Positions 13,335 through 26,435 of a stretch of DNA of 64,000 bases are shown here, in pieces. The number at the start of each line of letters is the position of its first letter. Position 1 is the first letter of the stretch. This DNA is from Hypanus sabinus (taxonomy: Eukaryota): NCBI RefSeq assembly GCF_030144855.1, contig NC_082711.1:111848001-111912000 (forward strand), written 5' to 3'. The position numbers and the translations under genes were made by a program. A model generated the notes under the pieces. The model made no database searches and was not told the origin of the DNA. It was given only the letters and a program-made list of their open reading frames with translations.

Positions 13335-15161
13335 GTGACCAACAGAGTCCTGTGGGACATCACCCCCGGGGTGACCGGCGGAGTCCTGTGGGACATCACC
13401 CCCGGGGTGACCAGAGGAGTCCTGTGGGTCATCACCCCTGGGGTGACCAGCAGAGTCCTGTGGGTCATCACCCCCGGGGTGACCGGCGGAGTCCTGTGGG
13501 TCATCACCCCCAAGTGACCAGCGGAGTCCTGTGGGTCATCACCCCCGGGGTGACCGGCGGAGTCCTGTGGGTCATCACCCCCAAGTGACCAGAGGAGTCC
13601 TGTGGGTCATCACCCCCGGGGTGACCAGCAGAGTCCAGTGGGTCATCACCACCGGGGTGACCGGCGGAGTCCTGTGGGTCATCACCCCCGGGGTGACCGG
13701 CGGAGTCCTGTGGGACATCACCCCCGGGGTGACCGGCGGAGTCCTGTGGGTCATCATCCCCGGGGTGACCGGCGGAGTCCTGTGGGTCATCACCCCCGGG
13801 GTGACCAGCGGAGTCCAGTGGGTCATCACCCCCGGGGTGACCGGCGGAATCCTGTGGGTCATCACCCCCAAGTGACCAGCGGAGTCCCGTGGGTCATCAC
13901 CCCCAAGTGACCAGCGGAGTCCTGTGGGTCATCACCCCCGGGGTGACCGGCGGAGTCCCGTGGGTCATCACCCCCGGGGTGACCGGCGGAGTCCCGTGGG
14001 TCATCACCCCCGGGGTGACCGGCGGAGTCCCGTGGGTCATCACCCCCGGGGTGACCAGAGGAGTCCAGTGGGTCATCACCCCCGGGGTGACCGGCGGAGT
14101 CCTGTGGGTCATCACCCCCGGGGTGACCGGCGGAGTCCTGTGGGTCATCACCCCCGGGGTGACCGGCGGAGTCCCGTGGGTCATCACCCCCGGGGTGACC
14201 GGCGGAGTCCCGTGGGTCATCACCCCCGGGGTGACCGGCGGAGTCCCGTGGGTCATCACCCCCAAGTGACCGGCGGAGTCCCGTGGGTCAAAACCCCCGG
14301 GGTGACCGGCGGAGTCCCGTGGGTCATCACCCCCGGGGTGACCGGCGGAGTCCCGTGGGTCATCACCCCCAGGGTGACCGGCGGAGTCCTGTGGGTCATC
14401 ACCCCCAAGTGACCAGCGGAGTCCAGTGGGTCATCACCCCCGGGGTGACCAGCGGAGTCCTGTGGGTCATCAACCCCAAGTGACCGGCGGAGTCCAGTGG
14501 GTCATCACCCCCGGGGTGACCGGCGGAGTCCCGTGGGTCATCACCCCCGGGGTGACCGGCGGAGTCCCGTGGGTCATCACCCCCGGGGTGACCGGCGGAG
14601 TCCCGTGGGTCATCACCCCCGGGGTGACCGGCGGAGTCCCGTGGGTCATCACCCCCGGGGTGACCGGCGGAGTCCAGTGGGTCATCACCCCCGGGGTGAC
14701 CGGCGGAGTCCCGTGGGTCATCACCCCCCGGGGTGACCGGCGGAGTCCCGTGGGTCATCACCCCCGGGGTGACCGGCGGAGTCCCGTGGGTCAACACCCC
14801 CGGGGCGACCGGCGGAGTCCCGTGGGTCATCACCCCCGGGGCGACCGGCGGAGTCCCGTGGGTCATCACCCCCGGGGCGACCGGCGGAGTCCCGTGGGTC
14901 ATCACCCCCGGGGCGACCGGCGGAGTCCCGTGGGTCATCACCCCCGGGGCGACCGGCGGAGTCCCGTGGGTCATCACCCCCGGGGCGACCGGCGGAGTCC
15001 CGTGGGTCATCACCCCCGGGGTGACCGGCGGAGTCCAGTGGGTCATCACCCCCGGGATGACCGGCGGAGTCCCGTGGGTCATCACCCCCGGGGTGACCGG
15101 CGGAGTACCGTGGGTCATCACCCCCGGGGTGACCGGCGGAGTCCCGTGGGTCATCATCCCC
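13335..15161. repeat. 36-bp GC-rich minisatellite, ~51 units, consensus GTGACCGGCGGAGTCCCGTGGGTCATCACCCCCGGG
   Basis: Direct tandem periodicity; seven 35-bp variants ending CCCCAA; degenerate units on both flanks. Confidence 0.98.
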
Positions 15162-15864
15162 AGCGCAGTGTTGAGTTTCCTAGCAGAGTGCCGACAGACA
15201 TCACCCCCAGGCTGACCTGTCCCAGAGACTGACCTTGCGGAGTGCCAAAGGACATCACCGGACAGTTTCAGAATCCCTGAAGGTGCCAGCACAAATAGAT
15301 ACAGGCAGTGAGAAAATCATTGTGGGTACTTGCCTTCTTTAGTCAGAGTATCAACTTCATACTTGTATTTAGATTCTGCACGTCTTCTATGAAGTTATGG
15401 AGTATAGAAACATAAAACAGTCCAGGATGTTGAGCTAACCTTTTCCCTCACGTGTTGTCCTCCATTTTTCTATCATCCATGGGTCTCCAGGGAACCCCTC
15501 TGCACTCCGCTGATTGTGGTTCCCCGTCAGACCCCTCAGAACCACTAGGCTCTCCACCATCAAAGATATCTTCAACAGGTGACATCTCAGGAAGGCAGTA
15601 TCCATCAATAAGGACCCTCATCATCCAGGTCATGCCCTCTTCTTATTACTACCTTTGGAGAGGAGGTACAGGAGCCTGAAGACCCACATTCAAAGATTCA
15701 GGAACAACTTCTTCCTCTCTGCCAACAGATTTTTGAACAGTCCATGAACACTACCTCAACATCTTTCTTTTATTTTGCACTATGTATTTATTCTGTAGCT
15801 CAGAGTATGTTTTAAGTCTTTGCAGTGAGTGTACTGCTACCACAAAACAACAAATTGTATTACA

Positions 15865-16360
15865 TCTGTACACTTGTTCGTTAATGCCAATATCTAATCA
15901 GCCGATCAGGTGGCAGTCGCTCAATACATAAAAGTATGCTGACCTGGTTAGGAGGTTCAGTTGCTGTTCAGACCAAACATCAAAATGCAGAAGAAATGAG
16001 ATCTAAGTGACCTTGAATGTGGAATGATTGTTGGTGCCAGATGGGGTGGTTTGAATATCTCAGAGACTGATGACCTCCTGGGATTTTCAAACTCAGAGTT
16101 TACAGAAAATGGTGCGAGAAACTCAAAAATATCCAGTGAATTGTAGTTCTGTGGGCGAAAACGCTTTGTTAATGAGAGTGTTTTGGGGAGAGTGGCCAGA
16201 CTGGTTCAAGCTGAGAGGAAGGTGACAGTAAGTCAAACAGCCATGTTTACAGTGGTGTGTGTGGAAGATCATTTGTGAATGCACACCTTGAAGTGGATGG
16301 GAGACAGCAGCAGAAGACCAAGGGCATTTATCCAGTGGTCACTTTATTAGGTGTAGGGAC
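15865..16360 (+). mobile_element. Tc1-like non-autonomous DNA transposon
   Basis: End motif CACTTTATTAGGT; same family as 38776-39450, 41512-41950 and 63360-63635. Confidence 0.75.
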
Positions 16361-17387
16361 CTAATTGGTGATAAGAAACTTGATTCTGTTAAACCACCAG
16401 CAACAATTTAGAGTTAGGTTTCTGAAAGTGCATTCACCCAAACATCATCACCATCAGACTCAAAAACAGTCCCTTTCCCCAAACAGTAAGGCTGGTCAGC
16501 ACCTCCACCCATTAACTCACCCCTCCACACCCCCCCCCCCCCAGCCACCATGACTTTATCATTTCATAGAAAATCAAATGCTACAGCACAGGAACAAGCC
16601 TGTTGGCCCGCATTGCTGATCCTAACCCATTCAGTTAGTAATTAAATGGATAACTAAGCTAATCTCTTTTGCCTACACAATGTCCAGATCCTTCCATTTT
16701 CCCCACATTCCTGTGCCTATCTAAACATCTCATAAAAGTCCCTAATGTGTCTGCCTCTGCCACCACCCAGGCAATGTATTACAGGCACTCACCGCTTACC
16801 CCTCACATCTCCTTTGAAATTACCCCCTCTCACCTTAAATGCATACCCTCCGGTATTAGACATTTCAACTCTGGGAAAAAAGTGTGCTATCTCTTTCCTG
16901 TCAGTGTCACCTATGTTCAGACCCCCTGTTCCTAACGTCACTTTATGAATAGACTACGTATATAATCAATCGTAAGTAATTACATTTAATTTTTTTAACA
17001 TTGTGTTCTTTATCGCATTGTGGTTTTTTTATTCCACATCAGATCCAGGGTAACAATTATTTCATTTTCCTTTACACTTGTGTACAGGAAATGACATAAA
17101 CGGCCTTGAATCTTGAGTCTTAAATCAAGAATGTAAAAGAAAATAAAGGAAAATAAATTGGTAGGCCCCCTACTGGCAAAAATGGAAATGCAAATAAATG
17201 GCAGATTAAAGACCTGAAGGGTCTTGGTCCGAAACATCGACTTCAATAGAGGCTGCCTGACCTGCTGAGTTCCTCCAGTATTTTGTGTGTGGATTGCTTT
17301 CAATTAAACACATATCTTGGTTCCTCTTTCATGGAAACAGATACAAAAGTAACTTCCTAAGAAACTAAAGAAAGGACAAATTAAAGG

Positions 17388-18016
17388 TGTAAAGAGGGTT
17401 TCTTCTTTTTGTTAACTAGCAGGAATGCTAATTTACTGATAACGAGAATGGTATTCCTTTGTAAACCAAATGGGGATTAATGTTCTTTCTTCTGAGTCTG
17501 TAAGCTTTTGTTGACGGGCTTTTGGGCAGATCGGCGCGAGGGGGTCGAAAGAGAGGACGCAATGCTCTAAGCTGGGCGAGGATCGGACCCCAAAGGGGGG
17601 TCCGAGGCCGGGAGATTCTCCGGGGGGGGGGGGGGGATGAAGCTATATGTGCTTGGTTGACCACTCGGAGGGTCCTGAGCTGCGAGTCGAGGAGTTCGGA
17701 GGGGAGCGAATGGTGGCCAGAAGACTTCAGTAATTGAGCTCCAACGGCTGTGCACGAAGTGGTTTGGACTTTGATAAGTTTGGCGCCTTTTCTTTAATTT
17801 TCTCTTCATATATACCGTATCGTTATTAATCACAGTTATAGTAACCTTTATAAATTGTACTCATTTAATCGCATATGGTGTACTGTCTGGTTTTGGGCGA
17901 GGTGGGGACATCACACAGCATCCACACCAGCTGATTACCCAGTTTGGCGGGGCCGAAGGCTGCTCCCCCTAGACGAGAACGAGCTGAGCGAGCCTGAGGC
18001 GACCCAGGGTGTTACA
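17388..18016. mobile_element. Solo LTR, 629 bp
   Basis: TGTAA...TTACA termini; 4-bp TSD AAGG (17384-17387, 18017-18020); CpG-rich; related to 61829-62437. Confidence 0.85.
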
Positions 18017-18569
18017 AAGGAAATTAGTGTTTGTTTAAAAAGAATGTGTTGAGGATGCACTAGCCAATAAATCTCCAGGGAATTGGAGTCTGTTTCCAGG
18101 AGTACTAAAAGTAGTACTAAACTTTAGCGGTGGTTGTCACGGATTCCCACAGTACAGTAATGACACTTGAGTCTGCCGTTCCCTCACAGTCCTGATAACC
18201 TGTTTACAGCTGATCGCTATGGTTTGATCAGATAAAAATCACTTCCACCCCCACCACCCCACCCTGCCCACTGTCCCAGGAGATTTACAGCCTTCATCCG
18301 TCTCCTTCCTAGTTCTGATGAAAGAAAAGCTGAGCTTGATGAAGGGTCTCCTCTGTAAGCGCTGCCTGACCTGCTGAGCATTTTGTGTGTGTTGCAAAAG
18401 ATTAGCTCTGTTTGTCATATCTACATTGAAACATCGAAACATACAGTAAAATGCGTTGTCTGCATCAATGACCAGCACAGGGCGTGCTGGAGTCAGCTGT
18501 CGTCGCAATGCTTACGGCACCCACATGACATGCCCACAACTCACTAACCCTAACCCAAGCAACACCTCC

Positions 18570-19115
18570 AAACTGCTGGCGGAGCTCAGCAGGTGGGGCA
18601 GGGGGATGAGACCGTCGACATTTTGGGCCGAGACCCTACACCAGGGCTGGAAAGGAAGGAGAAAGAAGACAGAATGAGAAGGTGGGGGGGGGGGGTAAGG
18701 GGTGCAAGCTGGCAGGTGATAGGTGAGACCAGGTGAGGGGGGAGGTGGGCGAGAGGGAGGGGGGATGAAGTGAGAAGCTAGGAGGTGATAGGTGGAAGAG
18801 GTAATGGGCAAGAGAAGTAATCTGATAATAGGAGAAAAGAGCAGACCATGGGAGGGTGGGAAGGAGGAAAGGCAGGGAGGAGAAGAGATCATTGGGGGGG
18901 GAAACAGTGTGGGGAATTGAAGAAGAGAGAAGGTAGGGAGTAAAATTACCAGAAGGAGAAATCAATGTTCATACCATCAGGTTGGAGGCTATCCAGATGG
19001 GATACGAGGTGTTACTCCTCCAACTTGAGCGAGGCCTCGTTGTGGCAGTGGAGGGGGCCATGTCAGAATGGGACTGGGGATAGGAATTAAAATAGCTGGC
19101 CACTAGGAAATCCTG
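18570..19115 (-). mobile_element. Penelope-like element 3' fragment
   Basis: Purine-rich terminal repeat plus GIY-YIG C-terminal remnant, similar to 25330-26000. Confidence 0.75.
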
Positions 19116-19320
19116 CTTTTGTCCTTCTGCAGTCAACAAACACCTTCTTGGTCTTCCTGCATTGAGTGAGGGGTTGTTGTTGTGGCATCATTCAGCCAGA
19201 TTTTCAATCTGCCTCCTGTTTGCCAAAACTTCACCATCTTTGATTCTGCAAACAACAGAGGTCTCATCCGCAAACTTAAATAAGGCATTGGAGCTTTGGT
19301 TAGCCTGCAGGGTAATGTAA

Positions 19321-22010
19321 TGTAACACAATTCACAACCACTGACGTTGAGCTGAGGTTCACTTTAAGAGGCTGCTTTGATGTGATGACATAATCACGAA
19401 AAGGTCTTTCAGTGTGCTTTTGTGTTCAGGGTTTGGAATTCAATAAACATGTTGTTCCATTTTTCTTAAACTTAAAATCCTCAATGTTGTCTTATTTGTG
19501 AGAGCCTACACTGGTGACCCTGATGATTCCAGAGTTATTGAACATGTCAGCAAATGCAGTTGCTTTGAAATTGCCAGAGTTTTGGGAGCAAAATGCCGTC
19601 ACTTAGGTTGTACCAGCCAAGGCCAAATTCATGCTTTGAGAAATCACTGCCGATGACACCAAGTGCTACTACTACGTGGTAATTTTGCTCAGAAACTCCA
19701 CGGCTGCGAGAGTGGTGAGTCTGCTTGATCTCCCGCCTGAACACAATAAATAGTGACTGCTGAAAGCTCACCTTTTGCAGTCTTTTGGACTTCCAGAGTC
19801 TGAGCACGCCAAATCAGTTGCTCTCCTTGCCTGGCCTCAGTGATGCTATAGCCCTTCAGAGCTGATGGACCACATGCCGTCTCTCCTGGAAAATCACCAT
19901 CCTTGTTTTATTTTTAGAGAACTCTTCATGCAGCAAATACCTGAACAAGTTCGCTCGCTCACTAATGCACCTGTAGAGGTCTATAGGAAGCTTGTTAAAT
20001 GGCTGATGGTCTACACTCAGCCGGGCAGCAGTGCATCATTCCTCCTCTCTCTTCCTCAATAAGCCCAGTCAGCAAGGCCCCCAACATAAGGGCACCCCGA
20101 CCCATAAAACAGACAACGCCAGGCCTGTGCTTTTGCCACACTCGCTTTGATGTAAACGCTAGGAGGTTCCAACTGTCTTGCAGCTTCAACAGTGCCAGCA
20201 CATTGGGACATCAAAGGTCTGTGAAATCCAGCTGCCAGGGTCATCCATTGATCATTACGGACACCCTTTCAGGCCAACACTTCCTGTGTGTCAAGTGAGT
20301 GTGCTGCCAGCAATGCCTATTGATGAGAAGAAAGAAGAGTGACGAAATCTCACTGGAGGCTGCTAACGGCAGCATGATGCAGACTTACGAGACACGATGG
20401 GTGACCCTCTGCTTCAGTGGGTGATATTATACATGGGACAGTCCTGTCCTCTGCTCAGTCTGCCCAAACACTGTTGGTTGATCTTAAGAACTGCCGGCTT
20501 GTGGATGTCAGGGACTTTGGGTGGTCACCCTGATCCCCCAGTAAGTTCCCCACAATGACTGTCAAGCCCTGACGTGCACCGCTGCACGTGAGTTTACTCG
20601 ACTGCTGGGTGAATTCCCAGACCTCACCAAGCCCACATTCTCCACTACAGTCCCAAAACACAGGGTTGAACACCACATTCCCACAACTGGCCCACCAGTC
20701 CATACCCGCATGTGCAGACAGGACCAGATGAGCTGGTGATCGTGTTTACCAACCTGGAAAGACTTGGAATTGTACACGAATCGAATAGCCCCTGGGCTTC
20801 ACCCCTCCCTATGGTCCTGAAGTCTGATGATGGTTGCTGCCCATGTGGTAATTACCGACGCCTTAACGAGGCCACCGCCTCCGATTCTTACCCAGTCCTA
20901 CACAGTCAACACTCTTCTGCATGTTTAGCCAGAAAGTTAATTCTTTCCAAAGTCGATCTAGTTGTGGCTACCACTGGGTGCCCGTGTGCTCAGAGGACAT
21001 TCCCTAAACAGCTGTGATAACCCCATTTGGCCTCTTAGAGTTTCTGACCATGCTGTTTGGGCTGAAAAATGCAGCACAGACTTTCCAACAACTGATGGAC
21101 TCTGTATTAGAAAATTTAGATTTTCTTTTTTGTTTACCTGGATGACATACTTATCAGCAGTGCGTCCAAATCCAAACATGTATCTCATCTCCTCATACTT
21201 TTCAAGCGCTGAAGCCAAGACGGTTTGATTATTAACTCTGCTAAATGCCAGTTTGGGTCATCAACCATTGACTTTCTCGGCCATCACATCTCTGCAGAAG
21301 GTGCAAAAGCCTCCAGTCAAAAGAAGCCACTATTATGAATTTCTCACCTCGCTGCTTCAGGCTATGCTGTGGTTGCTGTGCAAGAACAGTTGGTCGGAGG
21401 CCTGTGGCAGCCTCTTGTCTTCATTAGCCAGCAGCTCCATCCCCCCCAAAAGCAAGTACAGCACGTTTGACTGTGAACTTCTCAGTCTCTATCTGGCTAT
21501 TTTTGTTTTCTTCTAGAGGGTCACTATTTCACAGTGTTCGTTAACCACAACCCTTCATGCACACGATGGCCAGACTATCAGACCCTTGGTCTGCACAGCA
21601 GCAATGCCAACTGGCCTACATATCCGAGCTCACACCCAATATATGATGCCGTGGCTGATTGCCTCTCACAGCCAGCCACTGGGGCCGTACACACAGGGGT
21701 TGACAATGCCAGCATGGCAGCGAGCCAAGTTACTGACCCAGAGATCCAGGCTTAACGAACAGCAGTGACGGGCCTGCATTTGGCTGACATAAGTTTGGGG
21801 AAGCTGAGGTTGCCCTCCCCTGTGATCTCTCAGCCGGTTGCTCTCACCCCATAGTGCCCGCAAACTGGAGGTGGACTGTTCTTGACGACATGATCTCTTG
21901 CATCCGGGCTGGAAGGCCTCACAGAAACTGGTTACACTGAAGTTAGTGTGGCATGGCCTTAGGAAGGATGTGCGTGATTGGAAAGCAGCCTGTGTGGAGT
22001 GCTAGCAAAA
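19321..22010 (+). mobile_element. Decayed Ty3/Gypsy retrotransposon: 5' LTR (~19321-19510), PBS, gag, RT, RNase H, integrase zinc finger
   Basis: PBS TGGTGACCCTGATGAT at 19512; gag MSANAVALKLPEFW from 19544; RT SNSPWASPL...NYRRLN; RNase H KYSTFDCELL; VWHGLRKDVRDW..AC.EC; many frameshifts. Confidence 0.9.
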
Positions 22011-23086
22011 CTGATGGTCTGAGGCATTGATTTCTCCAACTTCCAGTAATTTCTCCCCCCTCCCTGTCTCTCTCTCTTTTTCCATTCCCCACCTGGTTAA
22101 AGACAGAGACTGGTTCTAGATGGAGAGAATTCTGCCTGGAACTCAATGACAGGGATCTGTTCTGGAACCCCTGCTCTTTGAGATTTCAATAAAATACTTA
22201 GATGAGAAAGGGGAGGTTTGGTTTAGAAGTTTGCAGATGAATGAATGTCGGTGGAGTTATGGATAGTGTAGAAGGTTGCCATAAGTTACAACAGGACATA
22301 GACGGGATGCAGAGCTGGGCTGAGAAGTGGCAGATGGAATTCAACATGGAGAAGTATGAAGTGATTTGCTTTGGAAGGTCAAATTTGTAGGCAGAGTACA
22401 GGATTAATGGTAGGATTCTTAGCAGTGTGGAGGAACAGAAGGCTCTTGGGGACCATGTCCACAGATCCATCAAAGTTGCTGTGCAAGTTGATGGTCACCT
22501 AGTCACCTGCCTGCTTGTCCTTCTCCCCAACTCCCCACCTTCTTATTCTGGTTTCTGTTCCCTTCCTTCCCAGTCCTGATGAAGGGTCTCAGCTGGAAAC
22601 ATTGACTGTTTATTCTTCTTCATAGATGCTGCCTGACCTGCTGAGTTCCTCCAGCATTTTGTGTGCGCTGCTCTGGGCTTCAGCATCTGCTCTGTTTAAA
22701 ACTATTTCAGCAGTCGTGGGAGTGGCGCATTAGCTTTTTAAGTTGTGCAGCTAGCCCACTCCTCAAATGGCCTCTGTTTAATTCGGCCTCTGTTTCTGTG
22801 TGCAGTGTGCAAACAAGTGCTGTGAATTATTCCTGGTGAAGGTTGTTGGTGGGAGTTCCTGATGGAAATGTAGTGGAGAATAGGTTCCACAGTGATAATT
22901 GGATGATGAGATTGCTGTGGGAGCTGGAACAGACTTTCTTCATCCGTTTTGTGTCCTCTTTACTGTGTTTTGCCTTAGTGTCAGTCTGACAGGATTTGCA
23001 ATCATAAAGACGACTCGGAACATAGTGAGTATGGTAAATAAACCATCTTTCCAACTTGACTCCTGTGCACCAACCTTTCTAAATAC

Positions 23087-24875
23087 AGTGGATTTCAACT
23101 TCGTTTGACTGTATTCATTTATGGTTGAATGATAATTAAATCTAAACTTAACTTAATTGGGACATGGCTAATCAGAGCAGCTGCTTAATTGGGTCAACTC
23201 TTAAAGAAAAAAACTAATTGAGAAAAAAGCCAAGACTCTGTTTTATTTGGGACTGTTGGCCAATTAATTGTGGCAAGACACTTGCCAAACAGTACCTAAC
23301 TAGTGTCAGTTGTGTGCACCTGCGTGACTGTTACACACTACACTGTGCTTCAAGCAGTTTTAATTATCATCGGTTTGCATGTTTTTGTATTCAAAAATGC
23401 AGCAATTTTTGCCACTGTTAGTTGGCGAGAAATAAGTAGTGAGACCATTCAGAACCATTTTGCTCACTGTGGTTTCAAGCATTCAGGCTTGGAGACGCCA
23501 GAAATAGTCTGGAGTGAAAATGAAACAATTCTGTTACTTCAACAAGTTAGGAACTACAAAGAACTTGAAGCTATCGACAATCATCTTGAATGTTACAATG
23601 AAAATGAAGATTTAGAGGATGCAATCATTGACAACATTATCAATTATCTACACTAGGTGCCTGTACTGGTTTTGTTCAACAAAATAATATCAGCAGACAC
23701 TGGATTCCTCCTTTGATAACCGTTAGGAGCTAATACACAGTTTTATAGTACTTTTGTAGTATTGGCAGTGTTCTGTATTTCATTCAAACTCTTCCATCGT
23801 GTCCTGGCTAATGGACTACCTGACTGGCAGACCAGTTTGTGCAGCTTCAGAGCTGAGTGTCAGACATGGCTGCAAGCATCACTGGGGCCCCATGGGGAAC
23901 TGTATTGGCTTCCTTCCTGTTTACCCCATATACCTCAGCTTCAGATACAACACTGAGTCATGTCATCTGCAGAAATTCTCTGATGACTTAGCAATAGTTG
24001 GGTGTGTAAAGGGAGGATGGATACAGGGCCTTCGTGAAGGACTTTGTCAAATGGTGCAAACTGAATCATCTGCAGCTCAAATCAGTAAGACAAAGGAGAT
24101 TGTGATGGACTTTAGGCTTGCCTGTACTGCTCCCTGTTACTATTAATGGTGAGGATGTGGATGTGGTGAGGACCTACAAGTACCCAGGGATGCACCTGGA
24201 TGACAGACTTGAGTGAGCACCAACACAGAGGCTGTGTACAGGAAGGGCCAGAATCGCTACTACTTCCTGAGGAGACTGAGGTCCTTTGGAGTACGCAGGC
24301 CTCTCCTGTTGTCGCCGGTACAATATTCTACATGGTGGTGTGCTGGGGCAATGGCATCAACATGAGCTAATAAGCTCAAACTGATTTGAAAGGCTGGCTC
24401 TGTTATGGAAGTTAAACTGAACACACTGGAGGCTGTGGTAGAACAAAATGCCCTACGGAAAATCCTGACAATTCTGGACAATGTTTCTCACCTTGGCTGA
24501 ACTAAGACAACTGCACTACTTCAAATAGACAGACAACTGTGTTACTCCAAAGAGCACTATAAGAGTTCATTCTTACCCTTGGCCATTAGGCTCTGTAATG
24601 AGTTAACCTATAACTGGGGAAGTGATGACCCCCTCCTGTTTTATTCTTTCTACTTCTCTTCTAATATTTGTATATAGGTATATCTGTGCATTTGAAATGC
24701 TATGTGACACAGTAATTTCCTTTAGGATCAATAAAGTATCTATCTAATTTGTTCTTCAGTCAAACAGTAGTTTGCCTTTTTTATACATTTTTAACTTTAC
24801 GAGAAACTTTGGTTAATTGGGGAGCAGCTTAATTGGGCCAAAAAGTACTGGTCCTGATGTGTCCCAAATCCACTG
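23087..24875 (+). mobile_element. Tigger/pogo-like DNA transposon remnant interrupted by a Rex-type LINE (~23790-24745)
   Basis: TA|CAGTGGATT...AATCCACTG|TA termini; ORF SWREISSETIQNHFAHCGF; inserted LINE shows QKFSDD and an AATAAAGTATCTATCTA tail. Confidence 0.7.
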
Positions 24876-25327
24876 TATTTACAAATGTGGCAAAGACTTT
24901 ATTAGTGTTTAGTGTGGGTGGGCTTTGTGTTTTCCTGGATCAATTAATAAAATTAATTGAAATAGCTTCTTCCATCTTGAGATTTTAAAATCACAATCAG
25001 AATCAGGCTCATCTTCCTGATGAAATTTGTTGTTTTGCAGCAGCAGTACAGTGCAAAACACAAACAAAAATACTATATTTTATAATATTCTATTTCATTT
25101 TTAAAAATCAATAAATAATGCAAATATAGAGAAAAATAGTGAGGTAGTATTTATGGACCATTCAGGAATCTGATGGCAGAAGAGAAGCTGTTTCAAAACC
25201 AGTGAATGTGTCTCTTCAGGCTCCTGTACCTCCTTCTTGATGGTGGTATTAAGAAGGGGGCATGTTCTGGGTGATAGGTGTCCTTAATGGCAGATGCTGT
25301 CTTCCTAAGGTATTGCCTTTTGAAGGT

Positions 25328-26435
25328 AAACACAAAAGACCCTGCAGATGCCGGAAATCCAGAGCAACACACACAAAATGCTGGAGGGACTCAGCAGGTC
25401 ATGCTCTATGAAGCTCTGTGAAGAGGAATAAGAAGTCAATGTTTCAGTCTGAGACCCTTCGTCGGAACTGGAAAGGAAGGGAGAAGGTACCAGAATAAAG
25501 AGGTGGGGAAGGGAAAGGAGGAGAGCTAGAAGGTGAGTGGCAAATCCAGGCGGGTGAGAAAGATAAACAGCTGGAGAGGAAGGAATCTGAGAGCAAAGGA
25601 GAGTGGACCATGGGAGAAAATGAATGAGGAAGGGACTGAGGGGGATGACATGGGCAGGTGAGGAGGAGAGGTAAAGGGCCAGAGTAGGGAATGGAAGAAG
25701 AGGGATGGGGGAGGGAAAAGATTACTGGAAGGAGAACTATGTGTTCATGCCATCAGGTTCGAGACTAGCTGGACAGAATATGAGGTGTTGCTCCTCCACT
25801 CTGAGAGTGGACTCATCATGGAAAAAGAGGAGGCCATAGACTGACATGTTGGAATGGAAATGCGGATAGGAATTAAAATGCTTGGCCACAGGGAAATCAT
25901 GCTTTTGGTGGATGGAGCAGAGGTGTTCAACAAAGAGGACCCCCAACTTATGACAGTTATCACCAGTATAGAGGAGGCCATATCAGGAGCTCTGGATGCA
26001 ATAGATTAGCTGCTGAAGTGTTGCCTCTCCTGGAAGGACAATTGTGGCCCTGAGGAGAGTATGGGCAGGTTTAGCATTTCAGTTGCTTGCAGGAATAAGT
26101 GCCGGGGGGAGATTAGTGTGAAGGGGAGGTAAAGATATGTTTGGTGGTAGCATCCAGTCAAAGATGGCAGAGGTTGTCGAGAATGATGTCCTGTTGAAGA
26201 TGGGCCTTCACATTCAATACATTATTCTTACCAACTATCCACTCTCCGCTCCTGTCAGATTCCTTCTTCTCCAGCCCTTCAGCTTTCCCACCCACCTACT
26301 TCTAGCTGGTCCTCCTTCCCCTCCTTATTCTGGCATCTTCCCCTTTCCTTTCCAATCCTGAAGAAGGGCCTTGGCCCGAAAAATAATTTCCATAGGTGCT
26401 GCCTGACCTACTGAGTTCCTTCAGAATTTTGTGTG
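25328..26435 (-). mobile_element. Penelope-like insertion with inverted terminal repeats and GIY-YIG remnant
   Basis: ORF 25737..25946 (EHLCSI...VAKHFN...EEQHLIF...PDGMN); inverted repeat copy ~26240-26435; degenerate 15-bp TSD at 25313-25327 / 26436-26450. Confidence 0.8.

Noticed and set aside
13335-15161. CRISPR-like 36-bp palindromic repeats
   Set aside because: Units are head-to-tail with no unique spacers, there are no cas genes, and the context is vertebrate
13208-15292. Long repetitive ORFs (GVTGGVPWVITP, GHHPRGDRRSPV, PGVMTHGTPPVT)n
   Set aside because: By-products of a 36-bp tandem repeat open in several frames on both strands; 35- and 37-bp units shift frames freely
22900-22992. 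Possible C/D-box snoRNA (ATGATGA...CTGA)
   Set aside because: No terminal stem, no evident plus-strand host gene and no recognisable guide sequence
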